Below, piece after piece: positions 33,061-41,059 of a stretch of 64,000 nucleotides of DNA. The stretch lies in the IMG/VR virus record IMGVR_UViG_3300013117_000027. One strand, 5' to 3'. Origin of the DNA: a virus. The notes beneath the pieces are model-generated. The model worked only from the letters and a program-made list of their open reading frames with translations, was not told the origin of the DNA and made no database searches. Within the stretch, counting starts at the first letter, position 1. Each line of letters starts with the position of its first letter. The position numbers and the translations under genes were made by a program.

Positions 33061-33149
33061 ATAGATTAAAGAGATTAAAGATAGATTAAAGAGATTAAAG
33101 ATAGATTAAAGAGATTAAAGATTAAGATTGGTTACCTCTTAACCAATCT
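33061..33149. repeat. 3 x 20-bp tandem repeat followed by a perfect 10-bp inverted repeat
   Basis: (ATAGATTAAAGAGATTAAAG)x3 at 33061-33120; AGATTGGTTA-cctct-TAACCAATCT at 33125-33149. Confidence 0.9.
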
Positions 33150-33161
33150 AGAAAGTAGAAT

Positions 33162-33603
33162 ATGAGATTACAGATACAACTAGTTCCAAAAGCTCTTTGG
33201 GGGACAAACTTAAGGAGTAGATAGGAAAGTCTGATTGGAGTATAGTCTCTAAGTATGTTAGAAACAGTAATGATAATACATGTTGGTACTGTGGGGGGAC
33301 ACAAAGGGAGAGATGGATTGTCATGAAGAATGGATATACGAAGTTAGTATGACCTCTAAGACTGGTATACAACATCTACATGCTTTGAGATGTGTATGTA
33401 AGATGTGTCATAGTGTCATACACTATGGTAGATCTAAGAGAACTTTATCTAAAGATCAAATGGAAACATTAAATCTACATGCTATACGTGTAAATGGTGT
33501 GATACCACAAGCTTGGTACTTTCATCTAGCGGAAGCATTTATTAACTGGCAGAAAGCCAGTGAGACAGTTAAACAATGGATACATGATCGTAGGGGATTA
33601 TAA
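33162..33603 (+). pseudogene. HNH endonuclease with two frameshifts
   Basis: Three frames join to MRLQIQLVPKALWGTNLRS / IGKSDWSIVSKYVRNSNDNTCWYCG / DTKGEMDCHEEW...CKMCHSVIH. The second shift is in a G6 run. Confidence 0.7.
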
Positions 33604-33872
33604 TGCATAGAAGAGATGGACAGGTAGAAGTAAGAATAACAATAGAAGCTTTATGCGAGCTTATACGTACAGCTCCACACCTTAACGATAAGTGGGAGAT
33701 GTCAGATGTAGAACCTTCACATGTATACTACGAACCTAAATGTGGTATAGTACATATAGTAGGAAAGAAATGTGGAGTATCTGGTCTTAAGAAAGAAAAA
33801 GTATGCGAAGGTGGAATACGTAAATGTGTTATTGCACTTATTACTACAGAAGATTTAAAGAAAAAATATTAA
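33603..33872 (+). CDS. Hypothetical protein
   Basis: Coupled ORF with GGGG RBS. Confidence 0.5.
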   Translation: MHRRDGQVEVRITIEALCELIRTAPHLNDKWEMSDVEPSHVYYEPKCGIVHIVGKKCGVSGLKKEKVCEGGIRKCVIALITTEDLKKKY

Positions 33873-33878
33873 AAACTA

Positions 33879-33907
33879 TTGACATTTCATTGCGAATGAG
33901 GTATATT
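33879..33907 (+). promoter_or_regulatory. Sigma70-type promoter with TGCNAAT spacer element
   Basis: TTGACA-tttcatTGCGAATgagg-TATATT. Confidence 0.8.
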
Positions 33908-33938
33908 ATAACAGTAACATTCAACATAAGGAGAATGA

Positions 33939-34233
33939 ATGGATTTAACAAAACTAAAAGACGATATGCCATACAAATGGAAGCCTAACAATGCAGTAGG
34001 AAAACGAATGAACTGTGTGGCGTATGTTGACTCAAGACAGGTTCAAGATAAACTTGATCAGGTTGTCGGACCTGATAACTGGCAGGATGACTATAAAGTC
34101 ATTAATGGAAATATGTATGCAGGTGTTGGTATCAACGTAAGTAGTGATTCTTCATCACCTAGATGGGTGTGGAAGTGGGACTGTGGTACAGAAAGTAATA
34201 CAGAACAAGCTAAGGGAGAAAGTAGCGATGCCT
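33939..34233 (+). CDS. Rad52/Sak-like ssDNA annealing protein, exon 1
   Basis: AYVDSRQVQDKLDQVVGPDNW...WVWKWDCG...KGESSDA; joins exon 2 to give SDAFKRAAVKWGVGRFLY. Confidence 0.85.
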
Positions 34234-34258
34234 TGGTCGACCTTTTATAACTAACCTT

Positions 34259-34369
34259 TATTTCGAAAATAGTGATAAGTTTTATATTGAACGTTGGAGT
34301 AAAATATGAAAACAAAAATATATGTAGTGTATAAACTATATTTCGAAAATAGTGATAAGTTTTATATTG
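34259..34369 (+). repeat. 31-bp perfect direct repeat (34259-34289 and 34339-34369)
   Basis: TATTTCGAAAATAGTGATAAGTTTTATATTG occurs twice, 80 bp apart. Confidence 0.9.
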
Positions 34370-35304
34370 GTAAGACTTGTAATATGAAATCTAGAATAAA
34401 TGCTCATAAGAAGGAAGCATTAGCTAGAAAGTATAGAACATATAAAATCAATTGGCTTAGAAAACATTTACTCAATGACGAAGAGTTAAAGAGTGAGATT
34501 TTATTTAGAACTAATGACGAGCGCGAAGCTTATGATGTTGAACAAAAATTTATTATTAAGACATCTAATGATAATGTTAACTGTTCATATAATCTTCAAT
34601 ATCCATCTAATAAATCAGAAGCTGGTCTTTTAAGAATGGCTGAAATATTTGGAAAAGATTATATTATCATAAATAAACAAGGCACATTTCTATATGTACA
34701 TAGTTTATCTAGATTCAGTAGAGAGAATAATCTTAACTATAAAGATCTTAATGCTTGTGCTCGTAAAAAAATAAATTCTTCACAAGGTTATAAAGTGTTC
34801 TATAAAGATGATTGGGATGACTTTTCTGAAGAAGAGAAGCAACTTGAGATAGAAAAACATAAAAAATACAATCAATATAAAACAGAGAAGTTTAAATGTA
34901 GTGGTGATAAATATAGAAAAGAATATATTATTATAGAACCAACTGGTAATGTTACCGAAATAGTTGGATTGTCTAGATATGTTAAAGATAATAAGTTAAA
35001 TGATGGTAATATGACTTCAGCTTTAACTAATAATAAACTATATAAAGGTTATCAGGTATTTTATAAGTCTGAATGGTATGAATTTGATCAAGATACACGG
35101 ACTAAACTCATATCAAACTCTAAGAACTATCTTCCTAGAGGATCAAAGAGATATAAAATAACAGATCCAAATGATAATATCGAGATAATCGTTGGACTTA
35201 GTAACTATGCTAATAAACATAAGTTACATGCACCTTCTTTATCATCTTTAGCTACTGGTAAACTAAATAAATACAAAGGTTATAAAGTAGAAGTACTTGA
35301 ATAG
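34306..35304 (+). CDS. Intron-encoded GIY-YIG homing endonuclease
   Basis: VVYKL...FYIGKT...RINAH; three C-terminal repeats (LSR/NY..N.L...GYKV) of a NUMOD1-like DNA-binding module. Confidence 0.9.
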   Translation: MKTKIYVVYKLYFENSDKFYIGKTCNMKSRINAHKKEALARKYRTYKINWLRKHLLNDEELKSEILFRTNDEREAYDVEQKFIIKTSNDNVNCSYNLQYPSNKSEAGLLRMAEIFGKDYIIINKQGTFLYVHSLSRFSRENNLNYKDLNACARKKINSSQGYKVFYKDDWDDFSEEEKQLEIEKHKKYNQYKTEKFKCSGDKYRKEYIIIEPTGNVTEIVGLSRYVKDNKLNDGNMTSALTNNKLYKGYQVFYKSEWYEFDQDTRTKLISNSKNYLPRGSKRYKITDPNDNIEIIVGLSNYANKHKLHAPSLSSLATGKLNKYKGYKVEVLE

Positions 35305-35563
35305 GGCCTTCAGGATGGAAGTCTTGAAGCAAACTCCTCTAATTCAGGGGATACCCAAACAGATAAAGCTGTGGGCAATCCTGAGCGAAGCTCTGTAAAG
35401 AGAACGTGCAACGACTAACTGTGATGAATGTAGCAGTGTAGGCCTAAGTAGGTCGAAACGGGGAGCATCCTTTGGGATGGTGATATAGTCTAGTCTGCAT
35501 GGAAACATGCAGCTGCGAGTAATGTCGCGGGATAAGATTAACGACCTTGTCTGAATATAAACG

Positions 35564-36036
35564 TTAAGAGAGCTGCAGTTAAGTGGGGAGTTGGAAGATT
35601 CTTATACACTTTAGACATGATACTCTTAGATCAGAAAGATTACAAAGGTCGACTCAAACCTTGTACAAAAGATGGTAAGATTCTTTGGAGTGGTGATGAA
35701 ATCACTAACTACATCAATAAAACTATTAAGAATAAGAATACTAGTAAAACTTCTTACAGTAATGACCATAAACCAACTGCTGGAAGATATAATCCAGATA
35801 AAGGTGGTGCAAACGTTACGTATAGCAACAGTAGTGCTTATTCGCCTAATACTATTACTAAGGTCAAGAAACTGTCTAGAGATGGTAAGAAAGGTAAGGA
35901 AGTTCTTAAGGCTTACATACCTGCTTACAATAAAGTAAAGAAGACTGACTATAACAGTATAACGCAGTTTACTACAGACGTATTAATAAATGATCTTATA
36001 TCGTTTGTTGAGAATACACCACCAGCAGACGTGTAA
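35564..36036 (+). CDS. Rad52/Sak-like ssDNA annealing protein, exon 2
   Basis: (F)KRAAVKWGVGRFLY in frame with ORF 35617-36036; spliced product 255 aa. Confidence 0.85.
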
Positions 36037-36059
36037 TATCATAGATTACTTTCCTTTAC

Positions 36060-36095
36060 AGAGAATCTCCCTAAAAAGAGGTTCTCTTTTTTTTT
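36060..36095 (+). terminator. Intrinsic terminator
   Basis: AGAGAATCTC-cctaaaaa-GAGGTTCTCT followed by a T run. Confidence 0.75.
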
Positions 36096-36098
36096 GTA

Positions 36099-36127
36099 TT
36101 GACTTTTTTATGCTAATGTGGTATATT
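36099..36127 (+). promoter_or_regulatory. Sigma70-type promoter with TGCNAAT spacer element
   Basis: TTGACT-tttttaTGCTAATgtgg-TATATT, upstream of primase-helicase. Confidence 0.8.
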
Positions 36128-36155
36128 ATAGTGTAAAATTAAAGGAAAGGAAAAT

Positions 36156-39100
36156 ATGAATTATCAAGAAGTAATAAAAGAACTTCATGGAAAACTCGAA
36201 GACTATCTTAAGTCTCAAGGAGTTGAAATAACATCAAATGGATTCTTCTGCTGTATTCATCCGGATCATCCAGACAGATATCCTTCTGCTTCTCTTAACT
36301 ACGGTAACGAGTTAAAAGGAAAGGTATTCCACTGCTTTAGTGGTAGAAGTCATGATGGAAACATATTTACTGCTGCTCATTGGTTAGAAGGTCTACCTTT
36401 ACAAGGACATGACTTTTGGGAGCATACAATGGTAGAGCTATGTAAAAGATATAACATAGACTATGAGCCATTGGAAGTAGATGAAGGCACAAGAAGACAG
36501 TATCAAGCTTATAAAGCCACAAGAGATGCTGCTAAGATTATACATAACATGATCTATGATGGTGATGATCTGAAAGATCACGTAGGTATACGTCATCTTC
36601 TAGAAAGAGGAGTAACAAGAGAAAGTATAGAGAAGTGGGGTATAGGTGTCCTTACATCTTTCAAAGACTATAAGCACGGTATTCAACAGCTAGGCCACAA
36701 TGATGAGAACTTCCTGTACTCTAAGGACTTGATGAACAAGAATCTGTTCAACAGAGACAGCTTCATCATACCTATACATGACCACTCTTCAAGAGTTGTA
36801 GGGTTTGTTACAAGGAACTGTAGGATTAATCCTAATGATCATGTGACAAGAAAGTATATTAATACTATTAATACTGACATCTATGAGAAGGGTAGCATAC
36901 TCTTTGGATATCATAGAATAAAGAACATGAGCGGGCCTCTCTACATAGTAGAAGGTTACTTAGATGCTATCATGTTAGAGCAAGCTGGTCTACAAAAAGT
37001 TGTAGCAATAGGTGCTACTGTTCTTACTAACCATCACATTACAGAAACTTTGTTTAATGATCAGACAGATATAATACTATGTCTAGATGCTGACAAGGGT
37101 GGTGAGGATGGAGTTAAGTTAGCATTAGAAAGAATGGCGTGCTACCGTAAGTTCAACGTTACTATCATAGATCTACCTAGAGACTACGATCCTGACACAT
37201 ACGTTAGAGAGTTTGGAATAGAAGCTTTCCAAGCGTTAGAAAAGTTGTCTCCATTTGCATGGTCTTTAAAGCACAGTGAGTACAGTGACGACATGACAAT
37301 TGTAGCAGAAAAGATGATACCTATCATCGCAGCAGAAGAGTCTTCTATCACTAGACTTAGAATGATAAGAGATTTGTCTAACTATACAGCTATACCTGAA
37401 CTAGATATCAGAAGAGATGTAGACGCATTAGTATCTAAAGAAGATGATAAGTACTTACAAGGTATACGTGATATTAATCAGTATGCTGGTGCTCAGTTAT
37501 CTAGACGTAAGGTCAGTGACACTAAGAGTATTCTAAGAGATGCTCTTAATAAAGTAGAGATCTTAGACGAGAAACACAATAGTGTAAAAGATATGCAGAA
37601 TGAGTATATGAATAAGTTACAACATCTAGATAATAAGTTACAAGAAGGTGACTTTAAGTACGGACTTCTATGTCCAAAACATAAAGGTATTGAGACTACA
37701 TTAGATGGTATACCTTACTGGACTTGTATGACACTGTTCGGCGGAAGACCATCGGCAGGAAAAAGTTTGAGACCTGGAACACAGGTATTAATGTACAATG
37801 GTAATATAAAAAAGATAGAAGATGTTAAAGTAGGTGATCAATTAATGGGACCAGACTCTAATCCTAGAAACGTTCTTGCATTAGGTACAGGTGAAGAGGA
37901 GATGTATGATATCATACCTAAACGTGGCATGAAGTGGGGATGTAATGAACCACATATACTGTCTCTTCGTATGAGTTCTGATAATGGTGATGTATATAAA
38001 AAAGATGATATTATTAACTTACCAATAAAGGATTATATGTGTAAAAATACTAAGTTTAAACATCATGCTAAACAATGGAGAACTGGTTGGGAGTTACCAA
38101 CTAAACGTATACCATATGATGCATATTATATAGGTAGTTGGTTAGGTGATGGTAGTAAAGATAGTGCTGAGATAACAACTGGTGATCCAGAGTATGTAGA
38201 ATCTTACTATAAAGCGTTTGCTAATAAGTTTGGATTTAGAATGTCTAAATATCATCAAGAACGTAATACATACGTATATAGAATGTGTAAAACTTCTGGT
38301 AAAACTAATCCGCTCTTAAATTATTTAAGAGATAAGTGTTTGGTTAATAATGAGAAACGTATACCTAAAGAATACTTACATAACTCAAGAACCATAAGAC
38401 TAGAACTATTAGCTGGACTTATAGATACTGATGGATATCTTGTAAGAAAAGATTCTGGAACATATGAAATTACTACAAAATACGCACGTCTAAGAGATGA
38501 TATACTTTACCTTGGAAATTCATTAGGATTCTTATCTACATATAGTGATAAGAAAGTAACCATAAAAGAAGGAGATGTTAGAACTTACTATAGAATACAT
38601 ATATCAGGTAATATACGTGAAGTTCCAGTTAAGATAGAACGTAAGAAGTCTATAACTTCTAATAGAAGAACTAATCATCAAAACGTTGGCTTTGATATAA
38701 AACATACTGGAAAAGGTAAGTACTACGGAGTTGTTCTTGATAATGATCATCTATTCTTACTAGCAGATGGTACCGTGACACATAATACGGCTTTCATGAC
38801 AGACTTGTCTCTAGATATAGTAGAAGCTAACGACGACGCTGCTATCTTTTACATGTCTATAGACGATAACATGGATTTACTAACAACCAAGATGTTAGCT
38901 GTAAGAAGTGGTCTATCTACTACTGAGATAAAAGGTTACAAAGATCTTAGAGGTGAAGACAGAGATTCTTACCATGAAGCTATGCAGTTCTTAAAGAACA
39001 ATGCTGACAGGTTTATCATAGCTGACGCTATACAAGGAAACAGTGTAGACGCATTAGAGAATCATGTAAGATGGTTTTGTAGAGAGTTCAAAGACCAGAA

Positions 39101-39575
39101 GAAAGTGTTCTTACTAGATAACTTTCACAAACTTAGGATGGAGATAAGAGGTCAGACAAGAAAGAGCGACGCTATCAGTGATACGTCTCAACAGATTAAA
39201 GAGATTACTCAGTTAAATGACATACATATAATGTCTACAGTAGAGCTTAGAAAGCTTCAGACTAATACTGATAGACCTACAAGGAATGATATGCAAGGTA
39301 GTGCTAAGCTAGACTACGATGCAGATGTTATAGGACTTGTTCACAATGATATGCAGGTGAATAGGAATACAAGACTTGTTCACTACCAAGATGTTCACGG
39401 AAAATCGAGAGCGATGCCATGGATAGAGTTATCAATAGATAAGAACAAGATAAACGGTAAGGACTCACAGATAGTGTATAAGTACAATAAGCACAACATG
39501 CAGTTCTCCGAAGGTAGTACTAAAGACTTTTATAAGTTAAAAGATCAGATGAAACAACGTAACATAAACTTCTAA
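36156..39575 (+). CDS. DnaG-type primase / DnaB-type helicase fusion, intein-containing
   Basis: Zn finger (CCIHPDH..FHCF), TOPRIM (VEGYLD, CLDADKGG, DPD), Walker A GRPSAGK/T, helicase motifs LLDNFH, DMQGSAKLDYDAD, KNK. Confidence 0.92.
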   Translation: MNYQEVIKELHGKLEDYLKSQGVEITSNGFFCCIHPDHPDRYPSASLNYGNELKGKVFHCFSGRSHDGNIFTAAHWLEGLPLQGHDFWEHTMVELCKRYNIDYEPLEVDEGTRRQYQAYKATRDAAKIIHNMIYDGDDLKDHVGIRHLLERGVTRESIEKWGIGVLTSFKDYKHGIQQLGHNDENFLYSKDLMNKNLFNRDSFIIPIHDHSSRVVGFVTRNCRINPNDHVTRKYINTINTDIYEKGSILFGYHRIKNMSGPLYIVEGYLDAIMLEQAGLQKVVAIGATVLTNHHITETLFNDQTDIILCLDADKGGEDGVKLALERMACYRKFNVTIIDLPRDYDPDTYVREFGIEAFQALEKLSPFAWSLKHSEYSDDMTIVAEKMIPIIAAEESSITRLRMIRDLSNYTAIPELDIRRDVDALVSKEDDKYLQGIRDINQYAGAQLSRRKVSDTKSILRDALNKVEILDEKHNSVKDMQNEYMNKLQHLDNKLQEGDFKYGLLCPKHKGIETTLDGIPYWTCMTLFGGRPSAGKSLRPGTQVLMYNGNIKKIEDVKVGDQLMGPDSNPRNVLALGTGEEEMYDIIPKRGMKWGCNEPHILSLRMSSDNGDVYKKDDIINLPIKDYMCKNTKFKHHAKQWRTGWELPTKRIPYDAYYIGSWLGDGSKDSAEITTGDPEYVESYYKAFANKFGFRMSKYHQERNTYVYRMCKTSGKTNPLLNYLRDKCLVNNEKRIPKEYLHNSRTIRLELLAGLIDTDGYLVRKDSGTYEITTKYARLRDDILYLGNSLGFLSTYSDKKVTIKEGDVRTYYRIHISGNIREVPVKIERKKSITSNRRTNHQNVGFDIKHTGKGKYYGVVLDNDHLFLLADGTVTHNTAFMTDLSLDIVEANDDAAIFYMSIDDNMDLLTTKMLAVRSGLSTTEIKGYKDLRGEDRDSYHEAMQFLKNNADRFIIADAIQGNSVDALENHVRWFCREFKDQKKVFLLDNFHKLRMEIRGQTRKSDAISDTSQQIKEITQLNDIHIMSTVELRKLQTNTDRPTRNDMQGSAKLDYDADVIGLVHNDMQVNRNTRLVHYQDVHGKSRAMPWIELSIDKNKINGKDSQIVYKYNKHNMQFSEGSTKDFYKLKDQMKQRNINF
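37764..38786 (+). mobile_element. Intein (341 aa, LAGLIDADG) in the helicase Walker A motif
   Basis: GK|SLRPGTQV...LLAGLIDTDG...VTHN|T. Confidence 0.92.
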
Positions 39576-40243
39576 TGCCATATAATCAAATAAAATGTGA
39601 GACATATTGTAATAGAGCATTCGGTTGCTCTTTTTACAAGAAAGGAAATAACTATGATAAGTATATTGGGAATGGGCTTAAGAGCATTCTTATTGAATAT
39701 AAGTCAGATCGCGAAGGTGGTAACGACAGCAGTCTCTTTGATATTCTTAGTAGACAATATAAGCCACGGTACTTTGCTAAGATAGCATACAAAGAAGATA
39801 GAAAGAGAATAGAGTCTGTGTTCATTGATTGTATCAAGAACCTAGACCAGTTCTTCTCCAAGTATGAAGTGTCAGATATCTCTGGCACTTACTTGTACAG
39901 AGGAAGGATCAGAGGACAGATAGGTGCACGAGCTATCATTAAAGGTAAGGAGTACAATGTAGACTTCTCTTATAGTGATACCAAGGAGACATTTTATAAC
40001 CTCTTCTACCATTCATTCAACTCGTACCTTTATAATGTTTGTAACAATACTGAGAATGACTTACTAGTGTATATGCCTCGTACGGATACATATTACTCTA
40101 TAAAGAATAAGAACTATACTATTAAGTATGGGTTCTTGCAAGGTACTATTCAACGCAAGACATATAGACCTGGGCACCAGTGCCTTACTTGTTCGGTAAG
40201 AGGCTGTACTCCACGTCTTATAACTAATATAGAAAGGATATAA
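39575..40243 (+). CDS. Degenerate Cas4/AddB-like PD-(D/E)XK-fold protein
   Basis: N-terminal YNQIKCETYCNRAF and C-terminal RPGHQCLTCSVRGC; catalytic motif not evident. Confidence 0.45.
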   Translation: MPYNQIKCETYCNRAFGCSFYKKGNNYDKYIGNGLKSILIEYKSDREGGNDSSLFDILSRQYKPRYFAKIAYKEDRKRIESVFIDCIKNLDQFFSKYEVSDISGTYLYRGRIRGQIGARAIIKGKEYNVDFSYSDTKETFYNLFYHSFNSYLYNVCNNTENDLLVYMPRTDTYYSIKNKNYTIKYGFLQGTIQRKTYRPGHQCLTCSVRGCTPRLITNIERI

Positions 40244-40244
40244 C

Positions 40245-40433
40245 ATGAGTTGTGAAATCAGATCAAAAGGTGGAAAACTCTTAGGTCATCTATCAGATTC
40301 GTTAGACGGTGAAGATTATCTTATTGTTGATAACAAGAAGGTTCCTCTAGCAGAGGTTCAATCCAACAAGAAGCTAAAAGACGCGTTTAATGACAGTGTG
40401 AAAGATGATACTGAGGTAAAAGATGAAGAATAA
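40245..40433 (+). CDS. Hypothetical protein
   Basis: AAGGA RBS; operon context. Confidence 0.5.
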   Translation: MSCEIRSKGGKLLGHLSDSLDGEDYLIVDNKKVPLAEVQSNKKLKDAFNDSVKDDTEVKDEE

Positions 40434-40677
40434 CATCATCAATAATATAAGTATAGACAAGCTTCCTCCTGAAGTACAAGATGCTATATTGAGAGAGTTT
40501 TCAACTCTCTCGTTAAAGCATAAAGTTATTGTCTATTCTAAACTTGTACACGGACATATGTTTAAGGTGACTTCTAATGACTTTTTCAACATTAACAAGC
40601 AGACACCTAGTGTAGTGTACAGAACGTTTTTAAGGAACGTTACAGATAGAGTGAGAGGTGAATATGAATCATGTTAA
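40423..40677 (+). CDS. Hypothetical protein
   Basis: GAGG RBS; overlaps the previous stop. Confidence 0.5.
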   Translation: MKNNIINNISIDKLPPEVQDAILREFSTLSLKHKVIVYSKLVHGHMFKVTSNDFFNINKQTPSVVYRTFLRNVTDRVRGEYESC

Positions 40678-40750
40678 AGAAATTCCTAAGATAGTGAAGT
40701 ACGGGAAAAGAATACCTGTTGCAATAAATAATACTATTCCGAAAAAACAC

Positions 40751-40779
40751 TTGACTTCTGTATGCGAATCAGGTATATT
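40751..40779 (+). promoter_or_regulatory. Sigma70-type promoter with TGCNAAT spacer element, heading the glycan operon
   Basis: TTGACT-tctgtaTGCGAATcagg-TATATT. Confidence 0.75.
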
Positions 40780-40796
40780 AGAAGGGAAGATACAAG

Positions 40797-41051
40797 ATGA
40801 ATCTAAGACTAGATATAGACAAGTCAGATCTGGAACTGATGAAAGACAGAGCAATACTAGAACTAAATCCAAGCAGAAGAGAAAGAATACAGATAGCAAC
40901 AGTTCAAACGTTTCAACAACTAAAGGATACGATAGACTTCATAAGGAAGGAAAGGGAACTAAAGACGAACCTGCTTCAAAGTCTAGGAAAAAGAAAGTTA
41001 GATCCAACCAAACCAGTGATTAGTTCAACAACGTTTATAGAATTAATATAG
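40797..41051 (+). CDS. Hypothetical protein
   Basis: Downstream of the 40751 promoter, with GGGA RBS. Confidence 0.5.
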   Translation: MNLRLDIDKSDLELMKDRAILELNPSRRERIQIATVQTFQQLKDTIDFIRKERELKTNLLQSLGKRKLDPTKPVISSTTFIELI

Positions 41052-41059
41052 GAAATAAT

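Larger units (their letters stand above)
34234..35563 (+). mobile_element. Group I self-splicing intron (1330 nt) carrying a homing endonuclease in L1
   Basis: 5' exon ends in U and intron ends in G. P1 GCCU/U pairs with AGGGC (35303-35307). Core elements AATTCAGGGGA, GCAATCCTGAGC, GCAACGACTAA and GATATAGTC lie in 35341-35490. Splicing restores the frame and the conserved motif. Confidence 0.9.

Noticed and set aside
33061-33120. CRISPR array, given the nearby Cas4-like gene
   Set aside because: The repeats are contiguous with no spacers, and no other cas genes are present.
40658-41023. 121-aa basic ORF
   Set aside because: It overlaps a consensus promoter (40751) and the better supported ORF 40797-41051; probably spurious, though not excluded.
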